Of a stretch of 60,551 nt of DNA, positions 36,308 to 46,100 are shown in pieces (position 1 is the stretch's first letter; every line of letters begins with the position of its first letter). A program made the position numbers and the translations under genes. Origin of the DNA: Bdellovibrionota bacterium. Its GTDB lineage: Bacteria; Bdellovibrionota; Bdellovibrionia; Bdellovibrionales; UBA840. A model generated the notes under the pieces. The model was given only the letters and a program-made list of their open reading frames with translations. It was not told where the DNA came from and made no database searches. Location of the stretch: assembly GCA_036140815.1 (NCBI GenBank), contig JAYZXX010000046.1:1-60551 (forward strand), read 5' to 3'.

Positions 36308-37987
36308 TTGCAAAAGCCCAAAGTAAAAATAGTAGGAATATTTTTAGCTATTTTGACCATGCTATTTTTATATCAGAACTGTGGTCAAAGTTTGAATGCT
36401 TTGGATTCACTAAGCTCAGAGCTGGTATTAGATTGTAGCACAGGCCTTTGTGTTGATGAAGTGGAGACGGTTGAAGGTGACGATAATGAGGATGATTCTA
36501 CCTCTAATGATTCAAGTAATAGTGATAGCTCCAGCGTTAGTGACGAAAGTCAAAATGGAAATAATGGTGAAGAAGAAACTGTCTATGAGAATGTAAACCT
36601 TTTTAGTCCTAAAGAACATTCAGGATTGAGTATAAAAATGATCAGTATCGACCAGCATTTTGTAGTTCTTAATTCATTAGGAGAACTATATTCATGGGGA
36701 GCCTATGAAGCGGAAGCCACTGGTGAAGAACTTGGGGAATACAAAGCGAGTGTTCCAATCATTGAAAATGTATTGAACGTATATTCAAGTAGTGAATCAT
36801 TCTTGGCTGTAGAGAAGGATCGTAGAAGCATTCACACCTGGGGAAAAAATCGATCAGGTGGATCTTGCGATGAAAGCTTCTCTCTTGAAAGCGGGCTAGA
36901 GATCATTCAAATACTACCAAGTTATTTGGGTTTTGCATTGATGGATAGTAGAGGGGCCTTGCATCTTTGTTTTGACAAGTATAAGAAGTTAGATAGCTTT
37001 GATTTTCCTGTAACAAAATCTACAAAACTTTTTAAGTCGAAGCGTGATGAGTATGTTGTTAAAAATATTTCTGATCTTTATTATGTAAGCTCGACGGGTA
37101 TTCAGGTTTTTGAAAAGGTTAAAGAACTAAAGCATTCAGGATCTGGTCTGGTTTTTCGAACTGATGATTACGATTTGATGCATATTAATCTTTTCTTTAG
37201 TGATTATGCTGGTATCGTAAAAATTGCGTCTGGTGCAAGCCCAATAAGCTACAATGTTTTTCATCTTCTATACAAAGATTATTCTACCGGCTATTTGATG
37301 AAAAGCGAAATGCTAGAAAACAATAGCTCTGAAGCTGCAGGGAAACATGTTGTGAATGAAGTGGTGAAAAACGAGGATATTCCCATTGAGGCTAGCGATT
37401 TTGTTAGTGAAGATGCAGATATTCTACTAATAAAGCACCCAGTGACCAAACATTTGAATGCTGTTTATACAAGTCTTTTTCTAAGAGGATACCAAGAGCT
37501 TGAAGAAAAATCTGCAGATGGAAAAGTTTTATGTGCTGATGCTAATTTAGCTGTAGTACTTGATAATTTGGAGAGCTTTATTTGCGGTACTCGCGGTGGT
37601 CAAGTTGAGGCGGTGAATGCGGATGCATATCTAGAAAAAAATGGTTCTATCTCTATAGAATCATCAGAGAAAATGTATTACTTTGCCGTTCAAAACCAAA
37701 ATAAAAGTATTCTTAGGGCGGATAATCAATTTTTTTTAGGAGGTAGTGAAGAGATGCTTGAGTTTAAAAATGCCAAGGCTTTGGCTTTGGATAAATTTTA
37801 TGGACCCAACCTCTATATAACAACAGGCCACAGAATAGGATACACTTCCGCTACGAACTCTATTGTATATAACAATATCAAGTCTCGTCTTCATCAAAAC
37901 ACAGACCTCAGTGAGTTAAAACAAGGGACTATCTTTTTAAGTTCTTTGGGAGTTACGTCAGGTAAAACCATCGTGATTTTAAGATAG
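36308..37987 (+). CDS. Lipoprotein with acidic Ser/Asp/Asn-rich linker and possible RCC1-like repeats
   Basis: AAGGGAGA RBS before the TTG at 36308. Lipobox 'LFLYQNC|G'. Linker 'EGDDNEDDSTSNDSSNSDSSSVSDESQNGNNGEEE'. 'LGELYSWGAYEAEATGEELG' and 'SIHTWGKNRSGGSCD' resemble RCC1 blades. Confidence 0.55.
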   Translation: MQKPKVKIVGIFLAILTMLFLYQNCGQSLNALDSLSSELVLDCSTGLCVDEVETVEGDDNEDDSTSNDSSNSDSSSVSDESQNGNNGEEETVYENVNLFSPKEHSGLSIKMISIDQHFVVLNSLGELYSWGAYEAEATGEELGEYKASVPIIENVLNVYSSSESFLAVEKDRRSIHTWGKNRSGGSCDESFSLESGLEIIQILPSYLGFALMDSRGALHLCFDKYKKLDSFDFPVTKSTKLFKSKRDEYVVKNISDLYYVSSTGIQVFEKVKELKHSGSGLVFRTDDYDLMHINLFFSDYAGIVKIASGASPISYNVFHLLYKDYSTGYLMKSEMLENNSSEAAGKHVVNEVVKNEDIPIEASDFVSEDADILLIKHPVTKHLNAVYTSLFLRGYQELEEKSADGKVLCADANLAVVLDNLESFICGTRGGQVEAVNADAYLEKNGSISIESSEKMYYFAVQNQNKSILRADNQFFLGGSEEMLEFKNAKALALDKFYGPNLYITTGHRIGYTSATNSIVYNNIKSRLHQNTDLSELKQGTIFLSSLGVTSGKTIVILR

Positions 37988-38257
37988 ATAGATTGTAGTG
38001 CTTATCTTGAGATTGAGTTTTTACTTTCTCCTGTTTTTTGGGATAATAAGTTCATGATAGAAAAAGTGTTAAGGATTAAGAGAGATAAAATATTTTAAAT
38101 TAACAACAGGCGTTAATTTCTCTGATCCCAATTAAGAAAAATTTATTTAAAGAAAACTATTTTTCTAAAAAATAACAGTAATTTACAAGAATATTTTCCT
38201 AATCATTTCAATGAAACACTAAAAATCAAATTCACTTTCTGGCTTTATTTGACAGTT

Positions 38258-38276
38258 TTGACACACTTTGTGTCAA
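38258..38276. promoter_or_regulatory. Perfect 8-bp inverted repeat TTGACACA-ctt-TGTGTCAA upstream of the HTH regulator gene (operator candidate)
   Basis: Read directly. A further TTGACAG half-site precedes it at 38249-38255. It lies about 50 nt upstream of the ATG at 38328. Confidence 0.45.
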
Positions 38277-38327
38277 AAAAGCTTTTTATTTCGTCCTTCC
38301 TGGCTTATCAAACTACTGGAAAGGGGA

Positions 38328-39083
38328 ATGATGGAGATTTCAAGCGATAAGTTTATTAAACATTTGCAACACACTTTAGAGAAAAAGCTAGAGCAAAATC
38401 CTAGCTATTCCTTAAGGGCTTTTGCTGCAAGTTTAAGTGTCGAAGCTTCGTCATTATCTCAAATTCTAAGAGGCAAGCGCCCTCTCAGTGCTAAAATGAA
38501 AATACGCCTATTGAAGGCCCTAGAATTGGATGAAAAAACAATTTCCTTACTATCTGCTCACAAAGCTATAGGTGATCTTGAGCAAAAGGAAAGAGTTCAG
38601 CTTTCTATGGATGCATTCCAATTAATATCAGGGTGGCATCATTTTGCTATTTTAGAACTGATTCACACAAAGGATTTTATTGGCGAACCAAGATGGATCG
38701 CAAAACGTTTGGGAATTCGGCCGATGGAGGTAAATCTTGCTGTAGATAGGTTGGTTCGTCTCGGATATTTAGAGATCAGAAATGGCGCTTGGATTGATAG
38801 AATTGAAACGGCAGAAATATATGCAGACGAGTTTTCATCGGCGGCCCAAAAAAAGTTACAGAAAAATATTTTAGGATTGGCAGGTCAGGCAATTGACAAT
38901 GTTCCCTATGAGGATCGAGTTCAAAGCTCCATGACTCTTGCTGTATCAAAAAAGAAAATCCCGCTATTGCGAAAGCGAGTACGAAAGTTTTTAGCAGAAT
39001 TAGAGAAAGAGTTAGAAGCAGATGAAGATCGTGATGAAGTTTACCAACTAACAAGTGCCATCTTTCCTGTTTCGAAGAGATAA
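38328..39083 (+). CDS. HTH-containing protein, TIGR02147/DUF4423-like putative regulator
   Basis: AAAGGGGA RBS before the ATG at 38328. XRE-type HTH 'YSLRAFAASLSVEASSLSQILRGKRPLS', then 'WHHFAILELIH' and a conserved C-terminal domain. Confidence 0.6.
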   Translation: MMEISSDKFIKHLQHTLEKKLEQNPSYSLRAFAASLSVEASSLSQILRGKRPLSAKMKIRLLKALELDEKTISLLSAHKAIGDLEQKERVQLSMDAFQLISGWHHFAILELIHTKDFIGEPRWIAKRLGIRPMEVNLAVDRLVRLGYLEIRNGAWIDRIETAEIYADEFSSAAQKKLQKNILGLAGQAIDNVPYEDRVQSSMTLAVSKKKIPLLRKRVRKFLAELEKELEADEDRDEVYQLTSAIFPVSKR

Positions 39084-39105
39084 AATTATTAAATTAGGAG
39101 GAATA

Positions 39106-39843
39106 ATGAAATTTATGTTTAGGCTAGTGATGTTTCCAATAATGGTTTTTAGTATTTCAGCCAGTGTATTTGCAAAGACTAGTGGTGGAAGTTACTGCTC
39201 AACCGAATTTTTCCCTGTTGCAGAGAAAATAACAAATGACCTGGTAATGCTAGGTAATAGGCGAGTCAATCGTTGGGTCTCTAATGTAGATGTAAAGAAG
39301 CTTAAAGAAAAATTAGATAGCATGTCCTGCCTTCCGGTGAGAGATTTGGATCAAACTCTAAAAATATATGCTGAAAAAAACTCAGTTGAGTTGCTAGTAA
39401 TCGATTCTTCAAAGGCCGTGGGTTGGGGAAATCTTCAGATCCGAGAAAGGTATGAATTAATTATTCATGCCCTCTTGGTCTTAGCAGGTTTTGAAATTGA
39501 AGTAGAGAATTATTTGTCCATTGCAATTTTAGATCTTCTTAAGAATGAGGTTGGTGGAGAGTATTTTATGCTCGACTTGCAAGGTGAAAAGATAGTTGTA
39601 AATCGAAGAACAAACATTGTAAGCGTACATAAGCCAAGCTTTCAGGGCATGTCTATTTTAGCGAATAGTGCTTATTGTATGTTTTATGGATTAAAGGAAA
39701 TAAAGGTGAAAAGTACCTTTCCTTATAAGGGGCAGGAAGAAATGGGTGTCGCTTTACTTTCAAGAGGTGAGCACTACCATTTTCGATGGGGAAGCGCAAG
39801 TTATGCCACTGAATATTTACATTTGGCTAATTGTGGATTTTAA
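39106..39843 (+). CDS. Exported 4-Cys hypothetical protein, paralog A
   Basis: AGGAGG RBS before the ATG at 39106. Signal peptide 'MKFMFRLVMFPIMVFSISASVFA|KT'. Colinear with the next gene: 'YC..F..A.KI.NDL...GN..V', 'MSC.PV..LD.T.K.Y', 'VELLV.DS', 'L.IH.L.VLAG.E' and a C-terminal 'CG'. Confidence 0.7.
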   Translation: MKFMFRLVMFPIMVFSISASVFAKTSGGSYCSTEFFPVAEKITNDLVMLGNRRVNRWVSNVDVKKLKEKLDSMSCLPVRDLDQTLKIYAEKNSVELLVIDSSKAVGWGNLQIRERYELIIHALLVLAGFEIEVENYLSIAILDLLKNEVGGEYFMLDLQGEKIVVNRRTNIVSVHKPSFQGMSILANSAYCMFYGLKEIKVKSTFPYKGQEEMGVALLSRGEHYHFRWGSASYATEYLHLANCGF

Positions 39844-39956
39844 AAAAAAGTCAGATTCCGTTTACATGTTTGTAGGCGGCTTTTAGATGATTAAAGTGAG
39901 AATGAAATTTTAAGTTTATATAGATGTTTTTATGAAAATATATAGAGGAGAAAATA

Positions 39957-40679
39957 ATGATTAAAATATTATTTCAAATGCTGATTCCTATTCTTTTTAC
40001 GGGCGTCGCAATGGCTGGTAAAGCAAGCGAAGGGGGAGAAAAGTATTGTATGCAGTTCTCGAATATTGCGGGTAAAATAGCAAATGATTTGTTGGCCATT
40101 GGTAATGAAAAAGTTCAAAAAATTGTTCCTGGAATTGATGTTAATGAATTTTGGGAAAGGAAGAAAGTTATGTCGTGCGTTCCCGTAATATTTTTGGATA
40201 GAACGGCTAAAAGCTATCCTTCTTCTAATCAGGTGGAGCTGCTAGTAAATGATTCTATCGAAATTTCTTCTTGGAATGAGCTGTCTAGGATGGAGAAGCA
40301 TAAACTAGTAATTCATGAATTAAATGTATTGGCTGGCTACGAGTTAGATGGGGAGTATTTTTTAAGCGAAAAATTGTTTGAAGTCTTGATGAAAGAACTC
40401 ACACAAGAATATTCCATTTTAAAAATGAAGGGCTCTGAAGTTTCTTTAGATAAAATTAAAAAAACAGTAACTGTGATATCACCGTTTTTCGGAAGCTCCA
40501 ATAATGTTAGTAGTTTGAGTCAGTATTGTCAGTATTTTAATTTACGAGATTTGGGAATGTATGAGACCGAACCTAACAGGTGGGGAGGGGCAATGATTGT
40601 CCTTCATGAAAATGGTGGTTACCATTATTCGGATTCTCCAGGCTTTAAAATTAAATCAGTAACATGTGGCCTTGATTGA
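39957..40679 (+). CDS. Exported 4-Cys hypothetical protein, paralog B
   Basis: GAGGAG RBS. Signal 'MIKILFQMLIPILFTGVAMA|GK'. Same conserved Cys positions and blocks as paralog A. Confidence 0.7.
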   Translation: MIKILFQMLIPILFTGVAMAGKASEGGEKYCMQFSNIAGKIANDLLAIGNEKVQKIVPGIDVNEFWERKKVMSCVPVIFLDRTAKSYPSSNQVELLVNDSIEISSWNELSRMEKHKLVIHELNVLAGYELDGEYFLSEKLFEVLMKELTQEYSILKMKGSEVSLDKIKKTVTVISPFFGSSNNVSSLSQYCQYFNLRDLGMYETEPNRWGGAMIVLHENGGYHYSDSPGFKIKSVTCGLD

Positions 40680-40743
40680 AGTTTAAGCCTCGATAAATAA
40701 AGCTTCGAAGGACAATTTTGTAGCTATTAGAGCTAATTAGAAG

Positions 40744-40767
40744 AGCCTGCTGAAAAGCAGGCTTTTT
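40744..40767 (+). terminator. Rho-independent terminator after paralog B
   Basis: AGCCTGC-tgaaaa-GCAGGCT followed by TTTTT. Confidence 0.75.
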
Positions 40768-40770
40768 GAC

Positions 40771-41745
40771 TTATCGCAAATAAGGACTTTCCTTGGAAAG
40801 GTAATTCACAACATAATCCTCAACAGCTTTTTCTAAAGGCCATTGTGGTTCACTTAAGCCAACTTCTTTCAGTTTAGAAATATTAGCTTCAGTAAAATAT
40901 TGGTACTGATCACGGATATGCTCTGGGATGTCGATGTATTCAATTTTTGGTTCGAGATCTAAACTTTTAAAAACCGCATTGGTTAAATCGTTCCAAGTTC
41001 TAGCTTCGCCAAAACCCATGTTAAAAAGACCATGAACCTCTTTCATTTGCATTAACTCGATCATCCAACGAGTGATGTCTTTTACGTAAACGAAGTCACG
41101 TTTTTGCTCACCGTCTTTGTAATCAGGACGGTGGCTTCTGAAAAGCTGCATCTTACCCTCTTCTTTGATTTTATGGAAAGACTTAAAAACCACAGAAGAC
41201 ATTTCAGTTTTATGATATTCGTTGGGGCCAAATACGTTAAAGAATTTTAAGCCAGCGCAAACTTTTGGCTTTTTAGATTGTTGACTTACCCAGCGATCAA
41301 ATAAAACTTTTGAATAACCATAAGGGTTTAAAGGTAAAAGATCGAAGCTATCGGTGCGGTCATCAAAACCATTTTCCCCTTCACCGTAAGTAGCAGCACT
41401 ACTTGCGTAGATAAACTTTTTGCCAAACTCCTTACACCATTTGAAACAAACTTGAGAAAAGTAATAGTTATTGTCACAAAGAAAATCCATGTCCTTTTCG
41501 GTGGTGCTTGAGCAAGCACCCAAGTGAAAAATCCCTTCCACTTTTTTGATGTACTCGGGGTCTTCAAGGATGTCGTAAAAAACTTCCTTTTGAATGAAAT
41601 CAGTAAATTTTAGGCCGGCTAAGTTTTTCCACTTAGAACCCTTACGAAATTGATCCACACAAATGATATCGGTGATTCCCATTTGGTTTAAATTCCAAAC
41701 CAAGGCACTTCCGATAAAGCCAGCTGCTCCAGTAACGATATACAT
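40771..41745 (-). CDS. hldD: ADP-L-glycero-D-manno-heptose 6-epimerase
   Basis: 'MYIVTGAAGFIGSALVWNLNQMGITDIICVD', 'HLGACSSTTE', 'ASSAATYG', 'YGYSK', C-terminal 'DIPEHIRDQYQYFTEA' typical of HldD/RfaD. Confidence 0.85.
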   Translation of the reverse strand: MYIVTGAAGFIGSALVWNLNQMGITDIICVDQFRKGSKWKNLAGLKFTDFIQKEVFYDILEDPEYIKKVEGIFHLGACSSTTEKDMDFLCDNNYYFSQVCFKWCKEFGKKFIYASSAATYGEGENGFDDRTDSFDLLPLNPYGYSKVLFDRWVSQQSKKPKVCAGLKFFNVFGPNEYHKTEMSSVVFKSFHKIKEEGKMQLFRSHRPDYKDGEQKRDFVYVKDITRWMIELMQMKEVHGLFNMGFGEARTWNDLTNAVFKSLDLEPKIEYIDIPEHIRDQYQYFTEANISKLKEVGLSEPQWPLEKAVEDYVVNYLSKESPYLR

Positions 41746-42273
41746 ACGATTCTCCTAGTTTTTTGGATTTATAACATAAGAGCTATAGGCTGGCATCTAT
41801 TTCATTTCTGAGGCTCTGTCGGCTTTGAGTACTTTTTATACATGGGCAGTAGAAGTTTTGGCACTTTGGATAACTAGCTTGGTGGCTATAAACAGGGCTT
41901 CCTAATTGCGGATGCTTATTCCTATGTACCTACAATCATTATGAGTATTGGTGATGTTCAAATTTAGACTTTCTGAGTAGGCAATTCTTGAGAGTTTGTT
42001 GCTACCTGAAGCTTTACACCCGCAATTAAGGGAAGCATTCTTTGATGGACGAAGGGGGAAAACCAAGATTGAAGTTTAGAGAGAGTTTAAGTTCTCCTTG
42101 TACAAGAGTTTAAGCTTTATTAAGTATTTTCAATCAGTTAAGGGGATTTTCTATGATCGGCCTCTAGGGTTGGCCCAGATGAAAGTCCCTTTTTACCAAG
42201 TGGCTAATTGACTTTTTGTCTCAGATATTATACTATGCGTCAAAACCCTAATCGATCTCGGAAACTGAAATCT

Positions 42274-42981
42274 ATGATATTTACAACTGAATTTGACTAC
42301 GAAATTATCCCGCCAAAAACCTGGAAAGGGCCTGAAAACGCAAAATTAATGATAGTACTACATGGTCGGGGAGATTCTCTAAAGCCATTTCGCGAATTTG
42401 ATGAAGAATTACCTCTAGAGGGGTTTACCTATTTGCTTATAAATGCTCCGAGGAAATATGATGGCGGTTTCACTTGGTATGCCTTCCCTCCAAAGCAAGG
42501 GCCAGAAGTTGCTCGAAATCGTCTTAAAATATTTCGTTTGCTTGAAGAGTTGCAGCTACAAGGCTGGCGCTTAGAGAATATTTATTTTTTAGGTTTCTCC
42601 CAGGGTTCTTTAATGTCCATCGATGTTGGAATTCGCTACCCGCAAAAATTAGGTGGAATCATTGGTATTAGTGGTTACATCTACTTTTTTGAGAACTGGT
42701 TAGAAGAGATAAGTGAGGCCGCATACGAAACACCAATCTTGATCACCCATGGAACGGAAGACTTTGACTTGCCCATAGAGGATACCCGAAAAGATGTTTG
42801 GCGCTTGTTGTTTGAGGCTGGAATCCCTCTTACCTGGAAAGAGTTTAAGAAAGAGCATGAGATTTGTGTAGAATATGAAACACCTTTTATTCGCAATTGG
42901 ATTTTTTCAAACCGAAAAAAACTAAAATCAGCTAGTTCTAGCTCTATGAAGCTGATCTATCAGGAGTCTTTGTCTCTTTAA
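42274..42981 (+). CDS. Alpha/beta hydrolase, phospholipase/carboxylesterase family
   Basis: 'VLHGRGDS', nucleophile elbow 'GFSQGS', 'ITHGTEDFDLP'. The start is uncertain: ATG at 42274 or 42235, or the track TTG at 42208. Confidence 0.75.
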   Translation: MIFTTEFDYEIIPPKTWKGPENAKLMIVLHGRGDSLKPFREFDEELPLEGFTYLLINAPRKYDGGFTWYAFPPKQGPEVARNRLKIFRLLEELQLQGWRLENIYFLGFSQGSLMSIDVGIRYPQKLGGIIGISGYIYFFENWLEEISEAAYETPILITHGTEDFDLPIEDTRKDVWRLLFEAGIPLTWKEFKKEHEICVEYETPFIRNWIFSNRKKLKSASSSSMKLIYQESLSL

Positions 42982-43195
42982 AATTAATGTCTATCTAACT
43001 TTAAATAACTGGTTATCTTAGGTGGGCTATGCATCTAGTGGCAAACTAGAAGTCTATATTAAATCAAAGTTTAATGATTTTAATTTTGCAAATGTTGAGG
43101 CTGTCTCATTTTGATACATTCACCTAGACCTTAGTGTATTGTTTTGGCGCAAAATCCTGATTCATTTTGTTTAGTGTCTCGAAGCTATATAAAAT

Positions 43196-46100
43196 ATGAT
43201 CGTGCGCGTATTAAAAGTATTAAAAGATTCAAAAGGGAACACCCTCATTAATGTGCTAATTGGAGCAAGTCTATTAGCAGGGGGTGCTATATTAGTTTCA
43301 CAAGGTGTGGTTAGTTCGAGAAAGACTAGCACACGGCTCAATAAGGCTAGCTCAGGTCAGGTTGCTGCTAAGAACATAATGGATTATATGAAGACGAGAG
43401 ATAACGCTACTCGAACAAGTAACGTTAACTACTACCCTTCCAATCATCCATTTACTGCTGCAGACGGCTCGACGGGAAATGTCGTTGATCATGATCCTAA
43501 AGATGAGTTATCAGGCTATAACTATAGTAGTAGTACACCTGGTACGAATACCGATCCTTTGACCATTTATACCGTCAACCACTCAGGAGCGAGATACTAT
43601 TTTGCCCCTGTTTGGCGTAAAGATACATCAGCTTTGGTGAGTTCAACGGATTGGGTGTTTGAGGCAGCTTCCGCTGGAAGCTTTGATGATGAAGTTTTAG
43701 ATGCAAGTATCACTGATTTTAGAGCCTCATCAGGGCTCCATGAAGAATTGAAGGCGACAGGAGTATGCGGAACTACCAATTTGACTGCAGCCTGTGAAGA
43801 GCAATACGAAAATGATGCAAATATCGTTATGGCCAACTCGATAAATACTTGGCAATCAATGGATGCTTTGATTTCTAGAATGGCCTACTTTTACAATGAA
43901 TATCCTGATTTTTGTACGCAAACCATAGGTTTACCCGTTGTAACCGATAGTAACTACGGTACTGCCATAGACTCTTGGATTGACACAAATAAAACAAATC
44001 GAGGAGACGCTCTAGACTTTTTTGTAGATTTAGTAGACTCTCAGTTGCTCGATATACCTGGTGCTCAGCCAGATACTTTGCAGGTTTTTTTAAAAATTGA
44101 AAAAGAAGATCTTCTCTCTGCGAATAAGGCTACAACATGTAGTGCTGATTTTGAGGCCTTACCTCCAGGCACACAAGCCAGTGCAGGTAACTTAACCAGT
44201 GCTGGTTTACGTGTAACGATTCAGGTGGAGTATGACGAAACTGATGCCAGCGGAAACAATCAAACAAAGGTCGCCATTTTTAGCAACTCCTTTTCTCAAT
44301 CCCGACTGTCTGTTGAACCTGAGGTTTTAGGGGACCCAGTTGTTACGGCTGTGCCTTATGATACCGCGGACCCATATTCGCCCGTTACAACTATCAATCC
44401 AAACGGAAATGATGAATATTGTGGTGAGGTCAGGGAAGGAAGTGGTGATACTGGTTCAGCTCCGATCATGGAAGTGGATACAACTTTGCGAGCCGTTGCT
44501 GGTGTTCCATTTTGTCGTCTAGAATATATGCGACCTGACTACGGAAATTCTTTTCATAATGGAGTACAGTTCGTTGATGCAGGTCAGCCTGATGCTGCCG
44601 CTATTAACTCTGCCATTGAATGGGCCATGGGCTATAAAGACTCTGGTTGGTTTTTATGTACGATGCCACCGAGGGATTTCCAAGCTGGTTTTGATCCTGA
44701 GATTTTAGATATTACTGACCCTTTTGGAAATTCTACGAATTCTGACGGTAAAAAAGGTCTGCGCCAAATGCAAACGGACAACGATCTTTCTACGGTGGTA
44801 TTTGAGAATGTTCGAACTACTTTGGATGAAACAAATCAAAATGTAAAAATGAGAATTAAAGGCTTGTCAGAAGGAGAGTATAAGTTCTCTGTAAAAATCG
44901 TTGATGCAAGTCGATCAGTATCAGACGCAAGAAGCGCAACTTGGAAGGTGGATTTACTTCGACCCTTCGCAATCACAAGAAACATCAGAACCGTGCAAGA
45001 CTCCAACGGACGATATTTAGTGGGTGAGTTTGGTCAGCCTTTAGTGGGCTCAAAACATGTAAATGGTGATGGTGACCCTAGTAATGATTGGGTTCAACAA
45101 TTACCCGGCCAAGGAACTCGTCCAAATGAAATAGCTCTTTTAAACACTCTAAATGCTAATTTTGGTCAATCTTCCGATGGCGAAAGCGGTGAGCTTTATC
45201 AATGTGGTGGAGGGACTCCCATGTTTAATCCACCGGATCAAGCGGATTATGTCCATCTTTACGATGTTCTAGGCGGTGGAGTGAAATGGTATTTCGGACC
45301 AAGTAGGCCAGTTAGTGAAATATATGATAACGGCAGTGGTGATACCATTGAAGACTATTTTAAAAATGGCGCAATTACGGGTACTCCTGATGCTAATGAA
45401 CTCTTGTATACAGATTGTAATTTGGATTCCTCTACTGTAGTTGGACCGTTGATTGAAGCTATAGAAGCGAATAGTGGCGAATATATGGTTGCCATGCAGT
45501 TGTGTGATTTGTGTGGAGATGGTGCACCAAACCAAATGGGATTTAGGTATTGGATTGCTGATTTTACTCCACAAAATAGCTCGGGTTTTACAGTGGAAGT
45601 AAATGGAGGAAACACGAGTTTATCTAGTAATACTTTTAATGTGATGCAATCGGCCGTAGCGCCAGTATTTGAATATGGAATAAGAGTTCAAAAACCAGCC
45701 CACCAGGTTGGCAGATATGCCAATACGAAACCACTTCCTATGGCGGCGGTTTGTGAAGTAGCTAGTGTAGATGCTCCTTTTGATTCCTTTTCAGCGAACA
45801 ATAAAGATAACTATACATATGTGACAGATCGTTTTCATACGAATTATGTGATTGATCCTGTAAATCCAACGGATTTGTACGGAAACCCAAATTGGGTAAT
45901 TGATCCAAATAATCAGTATTCTAGCCATAGTTTTACTTGTAGCCAACCTAATTTAAGTGATGCCTGTCGGGAAGACACCGCTCCACCTATTACTGGAGTA
46001 ATCGCTGGTGCAGCTATTGACGCATGTGGTAGGTTTAGACCAGATAATCCACCAAGCACTAAAGTAGCGATAGATGCTTCTACGGAAGTAAACACCTATC

